In this document: piece after piece, positions 42,209-50,566 of the stretch
Layout: every line of letters starts with the position of its first letter
Numbering within the stretch: the stretch's first letter is position 1
Assembly (NCBI GenBank): GCA_965238175.1
Contig: CBDEGZ010000003.1
Coordinates: forward strand, 352,001-416,000
Reading direction: 5' to 3'
From: Gammaproteobacteria bacterium
GTDB lineage: Bacteria > Pseudomonadota > Gammaproteobacteria > CAJXQU01
DNA length: 64,000 nt
Notes under the pieces: generated by a model
What the model was told of the DNA's origin: nothing
What the model saw: the letters and a program-made list of their open reading frames with translations, nothing else
Databases searched by the model: none
Position numbers and translations under genes: made by a program

Positions 42209-43222
42209 TTAGGCCGGTGAGTAGTCATCACCAGAAACCGTTATAGCCCAGGCCATTCTTGCCATTTTGTTGGCATACGCCACACACGCTCGATTATGCC
42301 CCCGCGTCTCAACTAAACGATTAATCCATTGACTCAGTTTATCGCCTTTCGTTTTGGCTCTTGATACCACGGCCTTCGCGCCTAGAATTAACAAACAACG
42401 AAGGTATTTATTGCCGCGTTTACTGATCCCCAGTAGCACCTCTTTACCACCACTACTGTACTGTCGTGGAACAAGTCCTAATGAGGCGGACACATCGCGC
42501 CCTTTGTGATAATGAGCGCCGTTTCCCACTTCATTAAAATACGCGCTCGAGACCATCGGCCCAAACCCTGGAATAGTTTGTAAACGTTGGCAAATCGCAT
42601 TGTTTTTTGCCGATTGAATGATCAATTGGTCAAATGTCGCAATACAGGCATCAAGTGATTGCCATTGTTCCTTTAGCTGGCGCAGTATCCTTTTGAAAGT
42701 AACGGACAACCGTTCGTTCTCATCACTTAATAGCAACGGGATAGATTGACGTAGGGTATTTAGGCCGGGACGAAGGCTAATGCCATATTCTGCAACAAGC
42801 GCTCTCATTTGGTTACATAATGCGGTTCTTTGTCTGACCGCTAAGTCTCTTGCTTTATGTTGTGCCTGGTTGTCTTGTTGCTCAACTGATTTAATGCCCA
42901 CACTTTTTAAATGAGGTTGTTTCGCAGCAACGGCGATGGCCAAGGCATCGTTATAATCATTCTTATTGCCGATTAGAAATGCGTTAACATGCTGAGGTGG
43001 TAGTAATTTCACCTGATGTCCCTGTTGTTGTATCGCTCGGGCCCAATACTGTGACGTTGCACAAGATTCTATTGCGACTAAACAAGGAGGTTGAGATTGA
43101 AAAAAGGAGAGTACCTGCGCTCGCTTTAACATTTTCTTTTTGATTATACGCCCTTGTTGATTACAGCAGACAGCATGAAATACGTTTTTTGCTATGTCTA
43201 ACCCGATTGTTGTAGTCTTCAT
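42209..43222 (-). CDS. IS110-family DEDD transposase/recombinase
   Basis: IGLDIAK (D), IESC (E), KNDYNDA (DD), TIPGFGP, LGLVPRQYSSGGK (catalytic Ser), ISKRGNKYLR, ANKMARMAW; start at MKTTT after GAGGAG. Confidence 0.95.
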   Translation of the reverse strand: MKTTTIGLDIAKNVFHAVCCNQQGRIIKKKMLKRAQVLSFFQSQPPCLVAIESCATSQYWARAIQQQGHQVKLLPPQHVNAFLIGNKNDYNDALAIAVAAKQPHLKSVGIKSVEQQDNQAQHKARDLAVRQRTALCNQMRALVAEYGISLRPGLNTLRQSIPLLLSDENERLSVTFKRILRQLKEQWQSLDACIATFDQLIIQSAKNNAICQRLQTIPGFGPMVSSAYFNEVGNGAHYHKGRDVSASLGLVPRQYSSGGKEVLLGISKRGNKYLRCLLILGAKAVVSRAKTKGDKLSQWINRLVETRGHNRACVAYANKMARMAWAITVSGDDYSPA

Positions 43223-43542
43223 TTTGGTCTTCTCCTCTTTTGATTGTGTGTATGTCAGTTCAATCATGGCACCTAGATGCCGTTAGGGGGAGGAGACCAT
43301 CACATCAGGTTAAGTAATGCTGACATATTAACGAGCACTCCGATGATTATTTTTACTCGATCATATCGGACAACAACGCAGATAAAAATGGTGATTTTGG
43401 AGAGGAATGGTTAACGTTTCAAAGTTCTCTTATAGAACTTTCAACTAATGCCACACCATAATTTCGAGCATAGCGGCCACAATAACCAGAATAAACATCA
43501 AATTGTTACTGTAGGCCAAATGTTAACTCCTAATTCTTTGAG

Positions 43543-43920
43543 TCAATTTAACGTATTAGGTACAGCTAAAGTAAATGGTGGAATGTTTGCCATAAAATGT
43601 TCCTGATCATCATTGATCATTAAATATTCTCCTTCCATACATCCAATAGATGTTTCTAGTATGGCTCCACTGGTATATCGAAAAGCCTCACCAGGTTGTA
43701 ACAAAGGTTGTTCTCCAACAACACCTTCACCTCGCACTTCTTCAATTTTTCCGTTTGCATCAGTGATCATCCAATGACGATCGAGTAGTTTTGCTGCAAT
43801 ATTTCCTATATTAGCTATGGTGATGGTATAGCTAAAAACATATTGGTTGTTTTCTGGTATTGATTGCGATTCTAGATAAGTAGTATCAATGTTTATACTA
43901 ATGTCATTAATTTTAGTCAT
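43543..43920 (-). CDS. apaG: ApaG protein
   Basis: YVFSYTITI.N, LLDRHW.ITDANG..EEVRGEGVVGEQP, YTSG, MEGEY; start at MTKIND. Confidence 0.95.
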   Translation of the reverse strand: MTKINDISINIDTTYLESQSIPENNQYVFSYTITIANIGNIAAKLLDRHWMITDANGKIEEVRGEGVVGEQPLLQPGEAFRYTSGAILETSIGCMEGEYLMINDDQEHFMANIPPFTLAVPNTLN

Positions 43921-43978
43921 ATAAGTATAAATAATACCATTGATGTTGATAGAATGGTCCAACTAAAAGGAGACTATT

Positions 43979-44560
43979 TTGCAAAAAATGCGTTGTGACT
44001 GGGTTCCAGAAAACGATCCGCTTTATGTTGAGTACCACGATCAGGAATGGGGCATTCCTGTTTATGATGATCAACAGTTATTCGAGATGCTAACCCTTGA
44101 AGGTGCACAGGCAGGATTGAGTTGGATTACAGTACTCCGAAAACGAGAAAAGTATCGACAGCTTTTTGATCAATTTAATCCTGAAAAAATTATTCTTTAT
44201 GATCAAAATAAAATCTCAACCCTTCTGGAAAATCCCGGTATTATCCGTAATAAGCTAAAAGTGAATAGTGTGGTAATTAATGCAAGAGCAATGTTAGAAA
44301 TTCAGCGTGAAGGGCAAACTTTTAGTGATTATCTTTGGCAATTTGTTGATGGTAAGCCAATCATCAATCATTGGGAGTCGTTAGCAGATGTTCCTGTTTC
44401 AACAGACGAATCTGATGCGATGAGTAAAGATCTAAAAAAGCGTGGCTTTAAATTTGTTGGAACAACAATCTGTTACGCATTTATGCAAGCTGTAGGGATA
44501 GTGAATGATCATACAACAGATTGTTTTTGCTATATGCCCATAATCAATGAAACCTCTTGA
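43979..44560 (+). CDS. tag: DNA-3-methyladenine glycosylase I
   Basis: RCDW, YHDQEWG, LEGAQAGLSW, IIRNKLK, GFKFVG, GIVNDH..DC. Confidence 0.95.
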   Translation: MQKMRCDWVPENDPLYVEYHDQEWGIPVYDDQQLFEMLTLEGAQAGLSWITVLRKREKYRQLFDQFNPEKIILYDQNKISTLLENPGIIRNKLKVNSVVINARAMLEIQREGQTFSDYLWQFVDGKPIINHWESLADVPVSTDESDAMSKDLKKRGFKFVGTTICYAFMQAVGIVNDHTTDCFCYMPIINETS

Positions 44561-44567
44561 ATTAATA

Positions 44568-44605
44568 TATACGTGCCACCTGCATTTCCAGGTGGCATGG
44601 GTATA
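44568..44605. repeat. 38-bp palindrome related to the ends of the ERIC-like elements (copy C)
   Basis: TATACGTGCCACCTG-CATTTC-CAGGTGGCATGGGTATA; right half matches CTGCATTTCCAAGTGGTTTGGGTATA of copy A. Confidence 0.6.
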
Positions 44606-44652
44606 GATCAATTATGGCTTTTTATTATTTTAAAACCTGTCCTAGTTATAGG

Positions 44653-45003
44653 CTAATAAAACACAGCCAACCAAATTGTTTCGATGTCTGGATTTGTCCA
44701 ACTGACTCGATGTTTTTGATGCGCTGTGATCAAAATTGAATCACCTTCACCTAGAGTAATCTTCTCATCTTGATCAAAAATTTCCAGCTCGGCTTCGCCT
44801 TTTAGCAATAAAACAAATTCATTCTGTTCTTGATCATAATAAAATTCTTTGGGTGAGCATTGTCCACGAGAGACAATTCGCTCGATGCGAACAGTCTTTG
44901 AACTTGCAAGAATTTCGGACAGTTCTTTGGGCAAATCTTCTGGGATATCTTTAAATAGGTTCGTCTTTTTCACGGATAAAACTTTCCAGACTTTCTTGAT
45001 CAA
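44653..45003 (-). CDS. Cupin-domain protein
   Basis: VRIERIVSRGQCSP..FYYDQEQNEFVLLLKGEA...HQKHRVSWT..TIWLAVFY; true start probably GTG at 44973. Confidence 0.88.
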   Translation of the reverse strand: MIKKVWKVLSVKKTNLFKDIPEDLPKELSEILASSKTVRIERIVSRGQCSPKEFYYDQEQNEFVLLLKGEAELEIFDQDEKITLGEGDSILITAHQKHRVSWTNPDIETIWLAVFY

Positions 45004-45190
45004 AAGGCCAATCTAGTTCAGTTCCGGATTGTTTTTTCACAACGGGGATCCTTATCCCGTATTGTTCAACTAACGTTTCTGATCCCGATATATCGATGTG
45101 TTCAAGCTCGACATTTTCTATTAAATCAAATAATGCATTTGCTTGTTCACAAAGATGACAGTCTTGCGTCCCGTAGAGAGCTAGCTTCAT
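44951..45190 (-). CDS. Glutaredoxin-like protein (DUF836 type)
   Basis: LYGTQDCHLCEQA, YGIRIPV, ELDWPFD. Confidence 0.9.
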   Translation of the reverse strand: MKLALYGTQDCHLCEQANALFDLIENVELEHIDISGSETLVEQYGIRIPVVKKQSGTELDWPFDQESLESFIREKDEPI

Positions 45191-46926
45191 TATTCGATGT
45201 TTGTAGTTTCAGTTTTTTGATCCATCACCTTTTCATCTTGTGAATTTTTCTCTGTCATCTTTTGCTTTTCGATTGTTTCCGCTTCTTCTGGTGTTATAAC
45301 GTCTGGAAAGGCAAAAAAGTGCAGGCCTTTAGTTGAAGTAAACAGTACGAATTGCTTGTCTTTAAACATGAACGTCACCGGCGCACCATCAATGTTAACT
45401 TGGGTTTCGTGCGACCAAAGTTCTTCACCCGTTTTTGCATTAAGCGCATGGACAACACCGGTTGGCTCTGGATAAAAAAGCACATTGCCTGCGGTGGTTA
45501 ATACTCCTCCTGTCCAAATCCAAGATTTTTCTTTTTTCTCCCAAACGATTTTTCCCGTTTCTGGCGAAATCGCAGAGACAATTCCATAGCCATTTTCATC
45601 TTCTTTTTCGATAACTTCACCACCAAGCCACTCAACACCACCTTCTCGATCGGCAGGGTTTAAGGTGAAATCCATCGGCAAATGTAGTGCAAGTAGATAA
45701 AAAAGATCGGTCTTAGGCGACCATGAAGGTGCTGCCCAATTTGCACCACCACGCGCTCCAGGAGCTATGTTTATACCTTCAGTCGTAGGACTAGCGAACA
45801 GATTTTTTTGTGGAACAAAGTTTTCTGATCGGGTTATAACTTTCCCGGTTTTTCGATCTAGGGTGTATAACCAGCCTGACTTCGATGCATGACTCACAGC
45901 GGCCAATTTTTGATCACCGACTTTCACATCATGTAATATCAGTGGGCTGGCAACGTCATAATCCCAACGATCATGTGGTGTGACTTGATAGTACCATTTC
46001 AAGTCACCGGTATTGATATCCAGTGCGACAATGGAATTTGTATATAAATTATCACCCGGACGAACACTGTCATCTAAGTTAGGTGAAGGATTACCGACAC
46101 CGACATATAAAAGTTTTAATTCGGCATCATAGGCTGGTGTCGTCCAAACAGAGCCTCCACCGGTTTTCCAAGCATCTGGGTATTGATCTTTATTAGCTTT
46201 TTCTTTTTCGATATCTCGATGAAGATCATCACCTCGCTCAGTTTTTTCTACCCAATTTCCAAACCAGCCACCGTCTTCAGGAGAGGGGACAGTCCAAAAT
46301 CGCCAACATTTCTCACCCGTGTCAATATCATAAGCATCTACAAAACCACGAATTCCATACTCACCACCAGCACTACCAACAATGACTTTATTACCAACAA
46401 CTTGTGGTGCCATTGTATAAGAATAGCCATCTTCTGAATCGATATCAGATGCCTGTGTTGTCCAAAGTTCTTTACCAGTTTGACTATCCAAAGCAATGAT
46501 AGTGGCATTTAATGCTGATAGAAAAACTTTATCACCTTGAACTGCAAGCCCGCGATTAAGTGTTCCACAACATAATGCTGTTTTTTGCCAATCTATTTCG
46601 TACTCATAGCTCCAAAGCGTTTTACCTGTATTCATATCAAGCGCAACAGCCTGATTATTTGGCACCGTAAAATAGATAACACCATCGAGCACTACGGGCG
46701 TTGTTTGTTGTCGAGCCCCTTTTGTACTGGCAGGGAAAAAACCAACGGCTTTTAGATCCGCAACATTTTCTGTCGTGATCTGATCAAGCATTGAGTGTCT
46801 TTGGTTAGTATGGTCATATCCTGACATTGGCCAATCATTTTTGCTGGGCTCAGCTGCTGTAACAATGACACTAGACAGAATTATACTTGCAAGAAAACTA
46901 GATTGTATGAGTGCTTGTTTAATCAT
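45190..46926 (-). CDS. Periplasmic PQQ-dependent dehydrogenase (alcohol dehydrogenase-like)
   Basis: Signal peptide, W-motif propeller repeats, vicinal CC (LCCGTLNRG), GGEYGIRG, GNPSP, HDRWDYD, PG..GGANW; no CxxCH. Confidence 0.93.
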   Translation of the reverse strand: MIKQALIQSSFLASIILSSVIVTAAEPSKNDWPMSGYDHTNQRHSMLDQITTENVADLKAVGFFPASTKGARQQTTPVVLDGVIYFTVPNNQAVALDMNTGKTLWSYEYEIDWQKTALCCGTLNRGLAVQGDKVFLSALNATIIALDSQTGKELWTTQASDIDSEDGYSYTMAPQVVGNKVIVGSAGGEYGIRGFVDAYDIDTGEKCWRFWTVPSPEDGGWFGNWVEKTERGDDLHRDIEKEKANKDQYPDAWKTGGGSVWTTPAYDAELKLLYVGVGNPSPNLDDSVRPGDNLYTNSIVALDINTGDLKWYYQVTPHDRWDYDVASPLILHDVKVGDQKLAAVSHASKSGWLYTLDRKTGKVITRSENFVPQKNLFASPTTEGINIAPGARGGANWAAPSWSPKTDLFYLLALHLPMDFTLNPADREGGVEWLGGEVIEKEDENGYGIVSAISPETGKIVWEKKEKSWIWTGGVLTTAGNVLFYPEPTGVVHALNAKTGEELWSHETQVNIDGAPVTFMFKDKQFVLFTSTKGLHFFAFPDVITPEEAETIEKQKMTEKNSQDEKVMDQKTETTNIE

Positions 46927-46992
46927 TACTTACCTTGAGATTGCTGGTTTATGGGATAATGCTTCGTTAAAACTATCAGCAGATTATTATAC

Positions 46993-48003
46993 GTGAAAAC
47001 CGCCCCCAAAAATTGTCTTATAGTCGGCCCTTCCTGGGTTGGCGATATGGTTATGGCTCAGAGCCTATTTATGATCTTAAAAAAACATAACCCAAACTTA
47101 AACATTGATGTCCTCGCACCAAATTGGAGCGAACCTCTTTTAGATAGAATGCCTGAGGTGCGTGATTCAATTACGATGCCGGTTGGGCACGGAAAATTAC
47201 AATTGGGCCTTCGCTATAAGATCGGAAAACAGCTACAAAATAATAACTATGACTGGGCAATCCTTTTACCCAATTCATTAAAATCTGCACTGATCCCATT
47301 TTGGGCAAACATACCAAAACGAACGGGGTTTAAAGGCGAAATGCGTTACGGGTTGCTGAATGATCTTCGTCATCTCGATAAAGCCAAATTGACGATGACC
47401 GTGCAACGATTTGTTTCTCTAGCCTTTTCTGATCAAACACACGTTCCTGAAGAATATCCACGTCCAAGTTTAAAACTCGATCAAAAAATCGTTAAAGATT
47501 CCTTAGAAAAATTTGATCTTAAAACAGAAAAACCTGTTCTCGCTTTATGCCCCGGTGCGGAATACGGTCCAGCCAAACGCTGGCCCATTGAATACTTTGC
47601 AGAAGTTGCTCAAATCAAGTATCAGGAAGGGTGGCAAGTTTGGATATTTGGATCAGAAAAAGATCAAAAAGTCTCAGAATCGATCTCTGATCAATCGGGA
47701 GTGGTATGTATAAACCTTGCTGGCAAAACTACACTTGCGGAAGCGATAGATCTTCTCTCACAAGCAAGCTATGTTATTACAAATGACTCAGGTCTAATGC
47801 ATGTTGCCGCGGCACTTGATCGACCGTTGACTGTACTTTATGGCTCTTCCGATCCAAACTTTACACCGCCTCTGAACGAACAAGCAAAGATAATTTCATT
47901 GGGACTCGAATGTAGTCCATGCTTTCAACGAGAATGTCCATTCGAACATTTAAACTGTTTGCGGGAAATAAGGCCTGAAAAAGTAATTTCTTCGTTCAAA
48001 TAA
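46993..48003 (+). CDS. waaF: LPS heptosyltransferase II
   Basis: GPSWVGDMVMAQSL, LPNSLKSAL, GEMRYGLLND, CPGAEYGPAKRWP, NDSGLMHVAAA. Confidence 0.96.
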   Translation: MKTAPKNCLIVGPSWVGDMVMAQSLFMILKKHNPNLNIDVLAPNWSEPLLDRMPEVRDSITMPVGHGKLQLGLRYKIGKQLQNNNYDWAILLPNSLKSALIPFWANIPKRTGFKGEMRYGLLNDLRHLDKAKLTMTVQRFVSLAFSDQTHVPEEYPRPSLKLDQKIVKDSLEKFDLKTEKPVLALCPGAEYGPAKRWPIEYFAEVAQIKYQEGWQVWIFGSEKDQKVSESISDQSGVVCINLAGKTTLAEAIDLLSQASYVITNDSGLMHVAAALDRPLTVLYGSSDPNFTPPLNEQAKIISLGLECSPCFQRECPFEHLNCLREIRPEKVISSFK

Positions 48004-48169
48004 TCGGATCATAAAAACACTAAGTTTCAGGTAGGTAACCTTCATTTCTAGCTTTATTTCCCTTTGGTTGAGACATTTCTTATTAACAGAGATTATTTTA
48101 CAACATTTTGATAATCTAGATGTTATTTATTAATTCTTCAAATTTCATTAAAAATACAATATCTCAGCC

Positions 48170-49162
48170 ATGCGAATATTGATCGTTAAAACTTCCTCTT
48201 TAGGTGATGTGGTGCATATGCTGCCAGCAATCACCGATGCTGATCGAGTATTTCCAGATCTCGTTGTAGATTGGATCGTTGAAAAATCTTTTCAAAGTGT
48301 TCCAGAATGGAATTCAGCTATTAATAAAATCATTCCCGTGACAATTCGGCGCTGGCGTAAAAAAGTGTTTTCTTATAGTACTCAATCAGAAATCACCTCG
48401 GTAAAGAAAAACATTCAATCGATGAAATATGATGCAGTCATCGATGCTCAGGGACTGATCAAAAGTTCAATAATCACTCGTTTATGTCGGGGTAGGCGAT
48501 ACGGATATAACTTTCGTAGCGCACGCGAACCTCTCGCTAGTTTGGCTTACGATGAACGTTTTTTAGTTTCGAAAGAACTACATGCAATTGAAAGAAACCG
48601 ACAACTTACTGCACTTTCACTTGGTTATTCATACCATGACTTACCTTTAAGTTATGGCTTAGAAAATATGATCAGCGAAATTTTTTCCCAATCAAAACAT
48701 AGCGAGGAGCTTTTCCCAGATAGATATGTTGTTGGCCTGCACGGCACAAGCCGTCCAGATAAAGAATGGCCAGAAGAAAATTGGGTCCAGCTTTCACAAA
48801 AATTAGCTGATCAAAAAATCACTTTACTATTACCCTGGGGTAATCATCGCGAATATGAACGTGCAGAAAGGATTGCTGAGAAAGGCAACACCGTCGTTCT
48901 ACCAAAACTTGATCTAGATAGTCTTGCTGAAATTATTTGCAGATCAAAAGCAGTCGTTGGAATGGATACTGGATTGATGCATATTGCAGCCGCTCTAGGG
49001 AAACCAGGTGTGGCTATTTATCCTGCGACGAAGCCTGAATTAACCGGTGTAATTTCGGGAGCTGTTCATCAGCCTATTATTAATCTTGAAGGCTTAGTGT
49101 CGGCAGACATGGTTATGGAACGTTTAAAATTTTCTAATTGGGCAACAAATAGAAAGTTATAA
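48170..49162 (+). CDS. waaC: LPS heptosyltransferase I
   Basis: MRILIVKTSSLGDVVH.LPAITD, DAQGLIKS, SAREPLAS, HAIERNR, DTGLMHIAAA. Confidence 0.95.
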   Translation: MRILIVKTSSLGDVVHMLPAITDADRVFPDLVVDWIVEKSFQSVPEWNSAINKIIPVTIRRWRKKVFSYSTQSEITSVKKNIQSMKYDAVIDAQGLIKSSIITRLCRGRRYGYNFRSAREPLASLAYDERFLVSKELHAIERNRQLTALSLGYSYHDLPLSYGLENMISEIFSQSKHSEELFPDRYVVGLHGTSRPDKEWPEENWVQLSQKLADQKITLLLPWGNHREYERAERIAEKGNTVVLPKLDLDSLAEIICRSKAVVGMDTGLMHIAAALGKPGVAIYPATKPELTGVISGAVHQPIINLEGLVSADMVMERLKFSNWATNRKL

Positions 49163-49424
49163 ATACACTCGCTATTTTCATGTCCTTTTAAATAACTTGA
49201 ACTAAAAGTAAGATGCTAATAACACGGCTATGAAGCTATAAATTCCTGTTCAAACTTCCAGTATTACTGGCCTATAAACCACCACTAAAATACGTTGTTC
49301 CGTTAAAGGTCCCAGACCGCGCTACATGGACCATCAAAACCACCATACCAAATCATCATGTACCCGAGTGGCTGACCGACGAACCCTACAAGAAATGCTA
49401 ATAACTTTTTCGCACGCTGCATAT

Positions 49425-49622
49425 CTATAGGTCTAAAACATACTCCGTCCCACAATACGGGCACTTCGCTTTACCCGTTTCTTCAATAGGTAAAAACACG
49501 CGAGGATGCGAGTTCCATAAAGAAGACTCGGGCATCGGACAATGAAGCGGCAAATCAGATCTAGCCACTTCTGTTGGCTCATTTTCCAGGGTTTTATTTT
49601 GATCTTCAGCAGAATTAGTCAT
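49425..49622 (-). CDS. Zinc-finger (CHCC-type) small protein
   Basis: LPLHCP....LWNSHPRVFL......AKCPYCGT; start overlaps the ilvE stop (TAATG). Confidence 0.88.
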   Translation of the reverse strand: MTNSAEDQNKTLENEPTEVARSDLPLHCPMPESSLWNSHPRVFLPIEETGKAKCPYCGTEYVLDL

Positions 49623-50563
49623 TAGATATATGAAAGCCATTGTGGATATTCTGATCGTCGGCCATGGACTTGATCAAAATACATAGTTTGCAGTTTTTCG
49701 GTAATCAGGCCACGCGAACCCTCTCCAATCACTCGGCCATCCAATTCCTGGATAGGCGTAACCTCAGCAGCCGTTCCACAGAAAAAAGCTTCTTCCGCCA
49801 CATAGACCTCGTCACGCGTGATTCTTTTTTCTTTTACTTCAACACCAATATCCATGGCAAAGGTCATCAGCGTATCTCGAGTAATACCTTCCAGTGCTGA
49901 CGTCAGATCTGGCGTATAAATGACACCGTTTCTAACGATAAAAATATTCTCACCACTACCTTCGGCAACGTATCCTTCATTATCCAGCAACAGTGCTTCG
50001 TCATAACCGCACTCTAATGCTTCTTGTAAGGCCAACATTGAATTCATGTAATTGCCGTTCGCCTTCGCCTTACACATTGTGATATTAACATGATGCCGCG
50101 TGTATGAAGAAGTCCGTACACGGATGCCTTTTTCCAACGCTTCTTGTCCCATATAAGCACCCCATTCCCATGCCGCAACCATCACATGAGTACTGAGATT
50201 ATCCGCACGCAAACCCATACCTTCCGAGCCATAAAAACACATAGGACGGAGATAGGCGGAATCAAGATTGTTTTCTTTCACAACTGAAAGACAAGCATTG
50301 TTTATTGTTTCTTTGTCGTAAGGCATATCCATTCTTAAAATATGCGCGGATCGAAATAATCGATCGGTATGTTCTTGCAGGCGAAAAATCGCCGTGCCCT
50401 TTTCCGCATGGTATGCACGCACACCTTCAAAAACACCTAAGCCATAATGTAAAGTATGTGTAAGTACGTGGGTTGTTGCTTCACGCCAGGGAACCATCTC
50501 ACCGTCTAACCAAATCACGCCATCTCGATCTGACATTGTCATTGCTTTTTGTTTATTACTCAT
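49622..50563 (-). CDS. ilvE: Branched-chain amino acid aminotransferase
   Basis: LHYGLGVFEGVRAY, AYLRP, AKANGNY, EGSGENIF, LEGITRD, GTAAEVTP. Confidence 0.97.
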   Translation of the reverse strand: MSNKQKAMTMSDRDGVIWLDGEMVPWREATTHVLTHTLHYGLGVFEGVRAYHAEKGTAIFRLQEHTDRLFRSAHILRMDMPYDKETINNACLSVVKENNLDSAYLRPMCFYGSEGMGLRADNLSTHVMVAAWEWGAYMGQEALEKGIRVRTSSYTRHHVNITMCKAKANGNYMNSMLALQEALECGYDEALLLDNEGYVAEGSGENIFIVRNGVIYTPDLTSALEGITRDTLMTFAMDIGVEVKEKRITRDEVYVAEEAFFCGTAAEVTPIQELDGRVIGEGSRGLITEKLQTMYFDQVHGRRSEYPQWLSYI

Positions 50564-50566
50564 CTA

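Larger units (their letters stand above)
41960..43307 (-). mobile_element. IS110-family (IS1111-type) insertion sequence
   Basis: Perfect 13-bp subterminal IR ATGGTCTCCTCCC (41966-41978) / GGGAGGAGACCAT (43288-43300); TCA core at both junctions (41960-62, 43305-07); intact DEDD transposase; long non-coding region downstream of tnp. Confidence 0.93.

Noticed and set aside
43320-43540. Possible gene remnant between the IS and apaG
   Set aside because: Short hydrophobic frames with stops and no recognisable family
49165-49422. Coding-like sequence between waaC and the zinc-finger gene
   Set aside because: Only short broken frames; a remnant is possible but cannot be assigned
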